Part shown: positions 10,420 through 19,965 of the stretch, piece after piece | Layout of the letters: each line of letters begins with the position of its first letter | Position numbering within the stretch: the stretch's first letter is position 1 | Sequence record: DRR378314_1512 | DNA: 64,000 nt | Direction: 5' to 3' (one strand) | Program-made: the position numbers and the translations under genes | Notes under the pieces: model-generated | The model's database searches: none | Seen by the model: only the letters and a program-made list of their open reading frames with translations | Told to the model about the DNA's origin: nothing

Positions 10420-11103
10420 TCAGTAAGCAGCGGTATTGTCGACGTCGAAGTTATAAAGCTGGCGGGCTGAGCCATAGCGCCGGAACTCTTCGGGCTTTGC
10501 GTCACAGCCAGCACGATCCAGCAAGTCCTTCAAAACTTCGAGGTGTTCGGGCCGCATCTCCTTTTCAACGCAATCTGCACCCAGGCTATGGACCGTGCCG
10601 CGCACAAACAGGCGTGCTTCGTAAAGAGAATCTCCCAGCGCGTCACCGGCATCTCCGCATACGACCAGATTGCCCGCCTGTGCCATGAAGGCCGACATGT
10701 GTCCGATGTTGCCATGCACAACAATATCGATTCCCTTCATCGAGATACCACAACGTGAGCTGGCATTGCCCTTGATGACCAGCAATCCACCGTGACCGGT
10801 TGCACCGGCGTACTGGCTGGCATCACCATCTACGATAACCTCGCCAGACATCATGTTTTCCGCAACCCCGGGGCCAACTGATCCCTCGACCCTGATCGTC
10901 GCCTGCTGGTTCATACCGGCGCAATAGTAGCCAGTCGAACCTTTGACCGTTACTTCGATCGGTGCATCAAGACCTACAGCGATCGCATGGCTGCCTTTGG
11001 GATTTACGACTTCCCAACTTGTCTGGTTGGTTTCGGTGTTTTGGGACTGCAGCGTCGAGTTCAACCCGCGAAGACCGTTCGCTTCGAGATCATATGTCTG
11101 CAT
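10420..11103 (-). CDS. mgsB: N-methylglutamate synthase subunit B (GXGXG domain, GlxC)
   Basis: GSTGYYCAGMNQ, AENMMSG, SRCGISMKG, HMSAFMAQAG repeats. Confidence 0.92.
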   Translation of the reverse strand: MQTYDLEANGLRGLNSTLQSQNTETNQTSWEVVNPKGSHAIAVGLDAPIEVTVKGSTGYYCAGMNQQATIRVEGSVGPGVAENMMSGEVIVDGDASQYAGATGHGGLLVIKGNASSRCGISMKGIDIVVHGNIGHMSAFMAQAGNLVVCGDAGDALGDSLYEARLFVRGTVHSLGADCVEKEMRPEHLEVLKDLLDRAGCDAKPEEFRRYGSARQLYNFDVDNTAAY

Positions 11104-11104
11104 A

Positions 11105-12034
11105 TCAGGCGGCCCTTTCGTGCGTCGTGGGACTGTTGTTGTGGGACCAGAAGTAAACGGTGGCGGGTTCAGGTTCCCAGACGCGCGCCTGTTCGATCCC
11201 GGGCAGGTTCACCAAAGCACGATATTCGCTGCCGAAGGCCACGTATTGGTCAGTTTCCGCCATGACGGCGGGTTTGCAGGCGATTGGGTCACGAACCACT
11301 CCAAACCCGTCTTTGGTACCGACCACGAAGGTAAAAAAACCGTCCAGATCATCCAGGCTGGACTTAAGCGCTTCGCCCAGATCGGCACCATTCATCATCT
11401 TCCAGGTCAGGTATGCCGCGCCAACCTCGGTGTCGTTTTGGGTTTGAATGGTCACACCTTCACGGCGCAGCTTTCGACGCAGTGAATTGTGGTTGGACAA
11501 TGAGCCATTGTGAACCAGACACTGATCCGATCCGGTGTTGAAGGGATGCGCACCCATGGTTGTCACTGCGGATTCGGTCGCCATGCGTGTATGGCCAATG
11601 CCATGGGTCCCGCTCATGCTGCTTAGGTTGAAACGGGTGGCTACTTCTTTGGGCAAGCCAACTTCTTTATAGATCTCCAACGTCTCTCCTCGGCTCATGA
11701 TCCGGATCGAGGGTCGAATTTCAGACAAGACGGCACGCGCGGCATCGAACTGATCGGCGGCCAGATGGAGAACACAGTGCGTGTCATTGACAGATTGCGT
11801 CACAGAAGTTGCCAGAGCCTGCCCCAAGTCCTCGGCCAGCCCGGCAAAATCACGGTTAGGGTTGGCTGATTGCACGGTCAGTTTAGCAGCTTCGGAAGTG
11901 CCATCCCCGTAAATAGCGATTCCCGCGCTGTCGGGGCCACGGTCTGTCATAGTGATCAGCATATCCGTCAACATAGTGCCCAGCTTAGGCGCAAGGGACT
12001 GGTCTTTGAGGAATAATCCAACAATTCCGCACAT
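11105..12034 (-). CDS. mgsA: N-methylglutamate synthase subunit A (Ntn class II amidotransferase, GlxB)
   Basis: Starts MCGIVGLF (ATG 12034); DRGPDSAG, GHTRMATES, HNGSLSNH. Confidence 0.92.
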   Translation of the reverse strand: MCGIVGLFLKDQSLAPKLGTMLTDMLITMTDRGPDSAGIAIYGDGTSEAAKLTVQSANPNRDFAGLAEDLGQALATSVTQSVNDTHCVLHLAADQFDAARAVLSEIRPSIRIMSRGETLEIYKEVGLPKEVATRFNLSSMSGTHGIGHTRMATESAVTTMGAHPFNTGSDQCLVHNGSLSNHNSLRRKLRREGVTIQTQNDTEVGAAYLTWKMMNGADLGEALKSSLDDLDGFFTFVVGTKDGFGVVRDPIACKPAVMAETDQYVAFGSEYRALVNLPGIEQARVWEPEPATVYFWSHNNSPTTHERAA

Positions 12035-12096
12035 GGCTGGCGATCTCCTTGGGTGATTGTTCTGATTCGACGGTACCAATAAAGTGAAAGCGCATC

Positions 12097-12131
12097 AATA
12101 ATCACAGGAAAATATATTTCCTGGAAGGCAA
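12097..12131 (-). promoter_or_regulatory. Tandem operator next to a candidate sigma70 promoter of mgsABC-gmaS
   Basis: CAGGAAA-atata-TTTCCTG perfect inverted repeat (12105-12123); minus strand TTGC-N7-GAAA, then TTGATG-N17-TACCGT. Confidence 0.5.
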
Positions 12132-12277
12132 TTCTTTATGCAGACTGACGCAGGCGCGCTTATTGACCCGTTTGGCTAGCGACGGGGTAGCGTGCAGGCG
12201 GACGGAAAACCGTTGGTTCTTCTGCTATCGTGTAGGGGTGACAAACCTGCCCAACATGGCAGGTCAGCTGCAGTTTT

Positions 12278-13285
12278 TCAGGTTTCGAGCGCCTGCAAGA
12301 TGGTCACCGCGATGATCTGGCTCACGTCCTCGGCACTGCAGCCGCGTGAAAGGTCGTTGGCCGGCTTGGCGAGGCCCTGAAGTACCGGACCAATCGCCAG
12401 ATAACCGCCCAGTCGTTGGGTCATTTTGTAGCCGATATTTCCTGCGTCGAGATTTGGGAATATCTTGACGTTCGCTTGTCCTGCAACTGCCGATCCGGGC
12501 GATTTTCGCTCGCCAATCGAGGGAACAAAGGCGGCGTCGAATTGCAGTTCACCATCTACATTCAAGTTGGGGTGTCTCTCGCGGAGTATATTTGTCGCGT
12601 TTATCACCTTGTCGACTGACGGGTGCCGGGCGCTGCCTTTGGTCGAAAAGCTTAGCATTGCGATCTTTGGTTCTTCCCGCAGCAACGCGTGGGCCGAAGC
12701 TGCGGATGCGGCGGCAATGTTTGCCAATTCTTCCGAATTCGGGTCGATAACCAGGCCGCAATCGGAATACAGCATCGCGCGCGCACCTGGTTGCGCGATT
12801 TCGGGCGGGTACATCAAAAAGAACGATGACACCATTCCCGCGCCAGGCTTCATACCGATAACCTGAATCGCAGTTCTGACAACATCGCCGGTCGTGTGGA
12901 CAGCGCCACCCACCGTGCCGGTCGCGTGCCCAAGTCGGACCAGCATCGCCGCGTAGACCAGCGGCGTTTCGGCTGCCTGCCGGGCCTTTGCTTCGTCAAT
13001 ACCCTTGTGCTTGCGCAGGGTGTGGTATTCGGCAGCAAAAGTTTCGGTCAGCGATGATTGTGCCGGATCATGGATCGAGATGCCATTGCCCGCTGACGCG
13101 CCCTCGGCCTGCAAGGCGGCTTCGACGTCGGGTTCTGGGCCGACAAGAATGATATTAGCAACTCCGGCATGATGCGCCGCAAGCGCACCGGCCACAACCC
13201 GAGGATCAGCCCCTTCGCTGAGCGCGACAACAGGACGGGTGGTTGGCGCATTCGCCTTAAGCAATTCGATCGGAGTTAAGGTCAT
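12278..13285 (-). CDS. pta: Phosphate acetyltransferase (short form)
   Basis: SEGADPRV, DCGLVIDP, AMLSFSTKGS, DGELQFDAA, FPNLDAGNIGYK, NDLSRGCS. Confidence 0.93.
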   Translation of the reverse strand: MTLTPIELLKANAPTTRPVVALSEGADPRVVAGALAAHHAGVANIILVGPEPDVEAALQAEGASAGNGISIHDPAQSSLTETFAAEYHTLRKHKGIDEAKARQAAETPLVYAAMLVRLGHATGTVGGAVHTTGDVVRTAIQVIGMKPGAGMVSSFFLMYPPEIAQPGARAMLYSDCGLVIDPNSEELANIAAASAASAHALLREEPKIAMLSFSTKGSARHPSVDKVINATNILRERHPNLNVDGELQFDAAFVPSIGERKSPGSAVAGQANVKIFPNLDAGNIGYKMTQRLGGYLAIGPVLQGLAKPANDLSRGCSAEDVSQIIAVTILQALET

Positions 13286-13475
13286 TCGCCCCGTCCTTCT
13301 TTATATGCAACGGCATGATGCCCGGTCGCCGCGAGTGGCATCTGCCCCCTCAAACTACACTAGCTGCATTGCGACTGTTGGTGTCATAAACTTTTGCGGT
13401 CTTCAATGCGTCAAACGGCGAGACGCTGTTGGTCTACGACCATTCGCTGTTCCATCATCGGGCATAGGCGGGGGA

Positions 13476-14543
13476 TCAGGACGTGTTTTGATCCCAGTGC
13501 AAAACGCAGTCTTCGCGGAACGCAAAGCGCAAGAGATGTTGCTCGATTACTTGTTTCCAATGGTCCAGATCACCGCGTGGACCCGTAGTCGCAACAATCG
13601 CAAGATGATCTTCGGCTGCAGACATTTCGAGTGTTTTGCCATCGGCAAATCTGATCCGACCATGTGTATCGCTAAATTCTGCATCGGCTTTGTGTGACCA
13701 ATGTTTGCAAAGTTGCTGCAGGTATCTACCGCCATTGGTCGAGGCCATCTGACCTGTCGCTGTCTGGTCAGGCAGAAGGCTCAGCGCTTGTTTGGCGCTG
13801 GCACGCATGGCCGTTGCGAACCGGGTTACATCAATATCGGTGGCGATAAAGGTTGCGCCCAGATCAAGGCATTCGCGTTGCATTTCAGGGTCTGTGGTCA
13901 GGATTCCAGCCGCTTTGCCTGAGGCGACGATGCGCTTTATGGCTTCAAGCACTGCGGTTTTGACCTCTGGGTGGTCTGCCTGGCCGATATGGCCCATATC
14001 GGCAGCCAGATCAGCTGGCCCAATGAAAACCCCATCAAGATCGGTCTCTAGAATGCCGTCGAGCTCGGCCATCCCCGCCCGGTTTTCCACCTGCGCGATC
14101 AGACATATTTGATCATCGGCAGTGGTCAGATAATCGGGAATCGCCGCGAAACGCGAGGCGCGCGCCAGCGATGAACCGACACCGCGCGCACCATTTGGCG
14201 GATACCGAACTGCCCGCACCAGTTCGGCGGCTTGATTTTTGCTTTCAACCATCGGTATCAGCAGGCTCTGAATACCGGCGTCCAGATATTGCTTGATCAT
14301 CCAGGTTTCGCCTATCGGAAGACGGGCGAGGGGAATGCTGTCGGACGCCTCGATCACACGAACTTGTTCCAGGATCGAGCGCAAATCGTTCGGAGCGTGT
14401 TCGCCATCAACCAACAACCAGTCGAACCCGGCGGTTGCCGAGATTTCGGCGGCATACGCGTCAGCCAGACCGATCCAGCAGCCGATTTGCGGGCGTTTTT
14501 CGTTCAGGGCGATCTTAAAGCGGTTCGTAGGGGCAGGCATCAT
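13476..14543 (-). CDS. hpaI: HpcH/HpaI aldolase fused to a C-terminal DUF2218-like domain
   Basis: GFDWLLVDGEHAPND, YPPNGARGVG, GVFIGPADL; extra C-terminal RYLQQLCKHWSHK...HLLRFAFRE. Confidence 0.88.
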   Translation of the reverse strand: MMPAPTNRFKIALNEKRPQIGCWIGLADAYAAEISATAGFDWLLVDGEHAPNDLRSILEQVRVIEASDSIPLARLPIGETWMIKQYLDAGIQSLLIPMVESKNQAAELVRAVRYPPNGARGVGSSLARASRFAAIPDYLTTADDQICLIAQVENRAGMAELDGILETDLDGVFIGPADLAADMGHIGQADHPEVKTAVLEAIKRIVASGKAAGILTTDPEMQRECLDLGATFIATDIDVTRFATAMRASAKQALSLLPDQTATGQMASTNGGRYLQQLCKHWSHKADAEFSDTHGRIRFADGKTLEMSAAEDHLAIVATTGPRGDLDHWKQVIEQHLLRFAFREDCVLHWDQNTS

Positions 14544-14552
14544 GAACCCTTT

Positions 14553-15353
14553 CTAGGCAAAGCAAATATCAACGGACCCAAACGTTCCGAAATCAGCGTG
14601 GATTTCAGCTCCGGAAGGGCATTCGACCGGTCGGATGAAACTGCCGGACAGGATGATCTGGCCGGGTTCGATACTCTGACCATATGTGGCCATGCGACGG
14701 GCCAGCCAAACCACACTTTCAATCGGGTCGTTCAGCACGCCCGCGCCCAGCCCGGTCTCTTCTATTTCACCGTTGCGGAAGGTCAGCGCCCCGATCCAGC
14801 GCAGATCGATGGCATCAATCTTATGGCGGGCGGTTCCCAGTACAACACCGGCATTGGCCGCATTGTCGCTGATGGTATCGAACACGGTTCGGGTCTTCCC
14901 TGTCGTGGGGTCCACGCGCAGTATCCGGGTGTCGAGTATTTCGATGGCAGGGGCGACATAATCGGTGGCCGCAATCACATCTTCACGGGTAACCGCATCC
15001 CCGCCCAACGATGATTTGGTGACAAAAGCGATCTCAGCCTCGATGCGGGGCTGAATGAACCGTCCTGCGGGTACGGTTGCGCCGCTGTCAAACATCATGT
15101 CGTCGAACAGGATTCCGCTGTCAGGGATGTCGATGTTAAGCGCATATTGCATCGCTTTCGAAGTCAGGCCGATCTTCCACCCGATCACTTTGCGACCCTC
15201 AGCCAATTTGGCGCGATAGATGGCGTTCTGCACCTCATAAGCGTCATCCATCCCCATGTTCGGGTGGCGTAATGTCAAAAGGCCGATCTGTTTGCCGGTG
15301 CGTTCGGCACTTAGCAAATCAGCAGCGGCTATTGCATGCTCTGCCGGTGTCAT
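14553..15353 (-). CDS. hpaH: 2-oxo-hept-4-ene-1,7-dioate hydratase
   Basis: GWKIGLTSKAMQ, RFIQPRIEAE, FDTISDNAANAG, EETGLGAGVLNDP, LSGSFIRP. Confidence 0.92.
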   Translation of the reverse strand: MTPAEHAIAAADLLSAERTGKQIGLLTLRHPNMGMDDAYEVQNAIYRAKLAEGRKVIGWKIGLTSKAMQYALNIDIPDSGILFDDMMFDSGATVPAGRFIQPRIEAEIAFVTKSSLGGDAVTREDVIAATDYVAPAIEILDTRILRVDPTTGKTRTVFDTISDNAANAGVVLGTARHKIDAIDLRWIGALTFRNGEIEETGLGAGVLNDPIESVVWLARRMATYGQSIEPGQIILSGSFIRPVECPSGAEIHADFGTFGSVDICFA

Positions 15354-16204
15354 ACGACCTCGTCCTCAATGCCGTTGCGCAGGGTGCCAATCCCGTCGAC
15401 TTCGACCTCGACCACATCACCGGGTTTGAGGTAATTGGGCGGATCGAACCGTGCGCCCGCGCCGGTGGGCGTGCCTGTGACGATGATATCTCCGGGCTGC
15501 AGTGTCATGAAGGTCGAGATATATTCGATCTCGCGTCGGATCGGAAACATCATCCGGTTCAGGGTATCGTCCTGACGTACCTCGCCATTCACGCGGGTAA
15601 CGATACGGGCGTCATCCAGTTGAGAGGCGTCGGCAAATGGAACCAGCCACGGGCCGATCGCGCCGGAATTGTCCCAATTCTTGCCTTGCGTGACATTGAA
15701 CTTTGCATGCCGAACCCAATCGCGGATGGTGCCTTCGTTGCACAATGTCAGCGCGGCAATGTGGTCATAGGCCTGTTCCTGTGGGATGCGGCGCCCTTTT
15801 TTGCCAATGACAATTGCGACTTCGCCTTCGTAATCCAGTGTGTGGTTTTCAGGAGGGCGAATAAGGTTTCGTTCGTGCCCCGTAAATCCACTGGCGAACC
15901 GTGGAAACAGCGACATGTATTTCGGCTGTGCGCTACCGTCCTTGTATTCGGCGTTCCGGTCAGGGAAGTTCACCCCAACGCACAGGATGCGCCGCGCATT
16001 GGGCATGACCATTTCATAGGTGAACTCGGTATGTGTAACCTGCCGGCCTTGAGCGGCTGCTGCTAGCTGGTCCAGTGCGCCTGCAGCCACGACATCGTAA
16101 AGAGAGGGCCATTGGGGGAACTCGGGCGACAGGGCAATCATCCCGTCATCGGTTGCAACACCGTAGAATGTATTCTCATTGGCGGTGTAGGTCGCAAAGC
16201 GCAT
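15350..16204 (-). CDS. Fumarylacetoacetate hydrolase family protein (HpaG-like isomerase/decarboxylase)
   Basis: CVGVNF, LDYEGEVAIVIG, CNEGTIRDW, QGKNWD, GDIIVTGTP; inside the hpa operon. Confidence 0.85.
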   Translation of the reverse strand: MRFATYTANENTFYGVATDDGMIALSPEFPQWPSLYDVVAAGALDQLAAAAQGRQVTHTEFTYEMVMPNARRILCVGVNFPDRNAEYKDGSAQPKYMSLFPRFASGFTGHERNLIRPPENHTLDYEGEVAIVIGKKGRRIPQEQAYDHIAALTLCNEGTIRDWVRHAKFNVTQGKNWDNSGAIGPWLVPFADASQLDDARIVTRVNGEVRQDDTLNRMMFPIRREIEYISTFMTLQPGDIIVTGTPTGAGARFDPPNYLKPGDVVEVEVDGIGTLRNGIEDEVV

Positions 16205-16293
16205 TGGATTCAGTCCTCATCAACCGGGCCGGGCCCCGCTGCATTACATTTATTTATGGCCAGACGCGCGTTCTGTTTCAGCAGATCACTTGG

Positions 16294-17145
16294 TTAGACA
16301 GGGAAAATGACATTGGTTTGGCCTGTGCCCGAGCTTGGGAAATACTCGGTCACGACCTCGCATTTCTCGTCATAGGCATCCCATCCCAACGCGCCATACA
16401 GCATCGCCGTATCGTGCATCGAACCCTCGCCACAGCAGTATTCGGCATAGTCGCCCAGCATTTTCAGGAAAGTGGCGTGATCGCCGTTCTTCCACATTTC
16501 AAGAACATGCAGGTCCATCTGGTGGTTGAATTCTGAACTGATTGTGAAGGTGCCATTGTTGGCGGCGTAATCCTTGTTGGCCCAGATCTTGTGCGACAGG
16601 GAACCAGATGCAACCAGCAGCACTTTTTCATCACTGGCTTCAACCGCCTCGCGGATGGCTTCGCCTATGATCCGGCTTTCGTCATGTCCGTGAACCGTTG
16701 CCCATGCAGCGACCGAAACGACCTTCATGTCATGCTCGCGACTCATGAACCGCATCGGAACCAGCGTGCCATATTCCAACTCAAGGCTGTCGAGGTGGTG
16801 CGCAAGCGTATAGGCGCCTTTGTCCGAAGCTATCTTGGCAATAGCATCCCCCATTTCGGGGTTCCCCCGATAGGAATATGGCAGGTTCTGAATGAACTGA
16901 GGGAACTCGTTCGAGGTGAACATCCCTTCGAACTTTTCGTTTGCATTGATGTGGAAACCGGCGTTGATCACCCAATGGGTGTCGCAGATTATCACCGTGG
17001 TCACACTCAGCTCCTTGGCGCGTCGCGCGATTTCGCGATGGCCGTCAATTGCTGGTTGGCGCTTGCCCTTGATCGGCCCTTCCTGCTCGGACATGAGCAG
17101 AGTGGGCACGTGGGTCATCTTTGCCGCTAGAACAATTTCTCCCAT
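16294..17145 (-). CDS. hpaD: 3,4-dihydroxyphenylacetate 2,3-dioxygenase (LigB-type)
   Basis: LAAKMTHVP, DTHW, SNEFPQFI, LEYGTLVPMR, SGSLSH, GEGSMHDT, SSGTGQ. Confidence 0.92.
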   Translation of the reverse strand: MGEIVLAAKMTHVPTLLMSEQEGPIKGKRQPAIDGHREIARRAKELSVTTVIICDTHWVINAGFHINANEKFEGMFTSNEFPQFIQNLPYSYRGNPEMGDAIAKIASDKGAYTLAHHLDSLELEYGTLVPMRFMSREHDMKVVSVAAWATVHGHDESRIIGEAIREAVEASDEKVLLVASGSLSHKIWANKDYAANNGTFTISSEFNHQMDLHVLEMWKNGDHATFLKMLGDYAEYCCGEGSMHDTAMLYGALGWDAYDEKCEVVTEYFPSSGTGQTNVIFPV

Positions 17146-17187
17146 GGTCTCCTCCTGAATTTCCAGTCTTTCGAGCGGGCTGGCCTA

Positions 17188-18699
17188 TTATAGCTTACCC
17201 AGTTGCATGATTTTATGTTGTCCGGTGGCAAAGCCGATGTGCTTTTGCTCCATATAGAACTCAAAGCTCCAATCACCGCCGTCGCGCCCGATGCCCGAGG
17301 CCTTTACTCCACCAAACGGGGCGGGCAGGTGCCGGACGTTCTCCGAGTTTACCCAGATCATTCCAGCTTCAAGCTTGTCAGTAAAGCGCAGCGCGCGCGC
17401 CAGATCGTTGGTCCAGACATAGCCGGTCAGGCCGTAGTCAGTGTCGTTTGCCATGGCCAGCGCGTCTTCTTCGGTCGAAAAGGGGATCGAAGTCAGCACC
17501 GGACCAAAGATTTCCTCGCGTGCGATCCGCATCTGGTTGGTGGCATTGGTGAACAGGGTCGGGCGGACGAAATAGCCTTCGTCGCCGACCTTTACGCCGC
17601 CCGCAGCGACTGTCGCACCGTCTTCTTTTGCAATGTCGAAGTAGCTGGTGACTTTGTCATAGTGTTCTTCGGTTACAATCGGTCCGATCTCGGTTGCTGG
17701 GTCCAGTGGATGGCCAACCTTGATATTGCTTACACGCTCGATCAGGCGGGCCTCGAATTCTTCCTTGATGGTGTCCTGCACCAACAGGCGGGATGATGAC
17801 GTGCAGCGTTCACCATTGATCGAATAGATCATGAAGATCACCGCATCCAGTGCGCGATCCAGATCGGCGTCATCAAACACGACAACCGGGTTTTTGCCGC
17901 CCAGTTCAAGGTGCATCCGCTTGAGTGTATCTGCCCCTTGCTTGGTGATGATGCTTCCGGTGCGGCTTTCTCCAACAAAGGCGATTGCCTTGATCGCAGG
18001 ATGTTCGGTCAGGCGCTTGCCGGCATCATGACCAAAGCCGTTCACGGTGTTCAAAACCCCTGGCGGTAGCCCGGCCTCTTCCGCGATCTCCACCAACAGA
18101 CGGGCGGTCAGGGGGCTGTCCTCGGCCGGTTTGTGAACCACCGTACAGCCCGCCGCCAGCGCGGGTGCGATTTTCCAGGTGCTGAGCATGAACGGTGTGT
18201 TCCAAGGGGTGATCACACCCACCGGGCCAATGGGTACACGGGTGGTGACATTCATCAACGTCGGCGATTTCAATTGCTGCCCGTCTCGCGCCTGCACCAC
18301 CTGATCGGCAAAGTAGCGAAAGTTCTCAGCCCCGCGCAAAGCTGCCTTGGACATGAAGCGCCAAGTCTGACCCGTGTCCCAGCATTCGCACAGGGCAATC
18401 TCTTCGGCGCGGGCTTCGATCGCATCTGCAATGTTGATCAGAATTTTCTTGCGTTCCGTCGCGGGCAAGTCGCGCCAGGCTGGAAAGGCATCCCGTGCGG
18501 CCTGTGCCGCTGCATCCACATCGGTCTCGGTGCTGCGGGCTACGTCGCAGATAGTGGATTTGTCAACGGGTGTTGTCGATTGAAACACGCCACCGGACCC
18601 GTCGCGATCTTTGCCGTTGATCCGGTTCTTGATCCCTGTGTCCTGGAACCGGGCCAAATATCCGGTCAGTTTTTCGATGTTTGTGTCCAGTGCGCTCAT
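17188..18699 (-). CDS. hpaE: 5-carboxymethyl-2-hydroxymuconate semialdehyde dehydrogenase
   Basis: PWNTPFMLSTWK, FVGESRTG, LELGGKNP, SINGERCTSSSR, NSENVRHLP. Confidence 0.93.
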   Translation of the reverse strand: MSALDTNIEKLTGYLARFQDTGIKNRINGKDRDGSGGVFQSTTPVDKSTICDVARSTETDVDAAAQAARDAFPAWRDLPATERKKILINIADAIEARAEEIALCECWDTGQTWRFMSKAALRGAENFRYFADQVVQARDGQQLKSPTLMNVTTRVPIGPVGVITPWNTPFMLSTWKIAPALAAGCTVVHKPAEDSPLTARLLVEIAEEAGLPPGVLNTVNGFGHDAGKRLTEHPAIKAIAFVGESRTGSIITKQGADTLKRMHLELGGKNPVVVFDDADLDRALDAVIFMIYSINGERCTSSSRLLVQDTIKEEFEARLIERVSNIKVGHPLDPATEIGPIVTEEHYDKVTSYFDIAKEDGATVAAGGVKVGDEGYFVRPTLFTNATNQMRIAREEIFGPVLTSIPFSTEEDALAMANDTDYGLTGYVWTNDLARALRFTDKLEAGMIWVNSENVRHLPAPFGGVKASGIGRDGGDWSFEFYMEQKHIGFATGQHKIMQLGKL

Positions 18700-18702
18700 G
18701 CG

Positions 18703-19101
18703 TCAGGTCTCCTGCGGGGGCACACCCAAGTGATCCCGGATGGTGCCAGTTTTAGGCGAAAGTTCGGGGTCGATGTCGCGCATTTCAAGCGACAATGCGA
18801 TTGAGTGGCGCGTCATGGCCGGGGCCAGATATGCGCCGACCGCCTCAAAAATGCGCTGGGTAGCGTCCTGTTTTATGTCGGCGGAACGGCCCGCGCGGAT
18901 ACGGACCGAGATGTCGATAAATCCATGCACCGGGTTTCCGTCGGCGATGGCATAGTGATCAACCCGCACCGCGCGCACGCGAATGCCCGGCATCGGGAAC
19001 GTGTCAATGCCGGCTGCTGTTGCGCGGATGCATTCGCACAAGCCGCCCATGTCCACGATATCTTCGAGGTTCCCCGAGTATTCGACGTGAAAATGCGGCA
19101 T
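18703..19101 (-). CDS. hpaF: 5-carboxymethyl-2-hydroxymuconate isomerase
   Basis: N-terminal MPHFHVEYSGNL (catalytic Pro1); FPMPGIRVRA. Confidence 0.9.
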   Translation of the reverse strand: MPHFHVEYSGNLEDIVDMGGLCECIRATAAGIDTFPMPGIRVRAVRVDHYAIADGNPVHGFIDISVRIRAGRSADIKQDATQRIFEAVGAYLAPAMTRHSIALSLEMRDIDPELSPKTGTIRDHLGVPPQET

Positions 19102-19117
19102 GGTTCCTCACTGCTTT

Positions 19118-19182
19118 ATTAATAAACATGTTAAGTAAAATATTGCCAGAGGTCAAGCGCATTCCTTAACATATTAATCAGT
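19118..19182. promoter_or_regulatory. Two HpaR(MarR)-type operator palindromes upstream of the hpa operon
   Basis: ATAAACATGTTAAG (19122-19135) and CTTAACATATTAAT (19165-19178) resemble the TTAA-N4-TTAA core of the E. coli HpaR operator as I recall it. Confidence 0.55.
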
Positions 19183-19251
19183 GAGAAGGAGGAGTTGGCG
19201 TCAAAGGCCTATTGGTCATGCCCGCGCGAAGGCGTCCGGCAATGCGGGGTC

Positions 19252-19965
19252 CTAAGGATACGCAGGTGGAATCAGCCCGGCCTGAAACCAGTTTATGAAG
19301 GTCACGATGGAAAATACCGGCAGGCCTGTCGCCATCTGAATATCCAGCGCGTAGGGGCACATGTTTGTGCATTCCAACACAATGGCCCCAAGGTCCGGGT
19401 TGCCGGACTGCAACGAAAGTGCCGCTTCGACATTGTCGACGCGGGCTTTGTCTACATCCAGTGTCAGCCTATTTCCAAGGATCGCCGAGGTGAATTCGCT
19501 GCCGTCTTCGGTTGTGCCAATTGGTGTACCGTCGGGGACGTGGGCGCTTGTCAGGTGGTCTTTGGTCAGTGTTGAAGCGGATATGGTCAGCACTCCGGCG
19601 TGTTTCCCCGCGGGCAAAATCCGATTGACCATCGCGACCTGCATCAGAGAGGAGGTTGCGACCGGGACGGATACGGCTTCGGCTAATTCGTCCTGAAACA
19701 GCGAGAGGAAGCCACAATTGGTTGTGATCCCATCCACCCCGTCTTTGACGAGGTCTCGGGCCGCATCGATAAACGCGCCCAGCATCCCCTCGGCCCGGTG
19801 CCGGACCACAAGATCGGGTGAGGCGTCCCGCACGACACGGTAGAGCACCGGGAATGTCCAAGTTTGTGCGTTGCCCATATCGCCGGGTATTCGCGGAAAC
19901 TGGGCGTCAAGCATCAAAATGCCAACAGACGCACCGTAGATGGATTTTCCACCCTGAGCGATCAT
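19252..19965 (-). CDS. Aspartate/glutamate racemase superfamily protein (Alma-like subgroup)
   Basis: GILMLD..FPRIPGD, ITTNCGFL, VATSSL, VLECTNM; both catalytic Cys present. Confidence 0.85.
   Translation of the reverse strand: MIAQGGKSIYGASVGILMLDAQFPRIPGDMGNAQTWTFPVLYRVVRDASPDLVVRHRAEGMLGAFIDAARDLVKDGVDGITTNCGFLSLFQDELAEAVSVPVATSSLMQVAMVNRILPAGKHAGVLTISASTLTKDHLTSAHVPDGTPIGTTEDGSEFTSAILGNRLTLDVDKARVDNVEAALSLQSGNPDLGAIVLECTNMCPYALDIQMATGLPVFSIVTFINWFQAGLIPPAYP

Noticed and set aside
19195-19575. 126-aa ORF with a strong RBS
   Set aside because: Mostly antisense to the racemase gene and has no MarR domain; only the first ~55 bp are considered as a possible remnant
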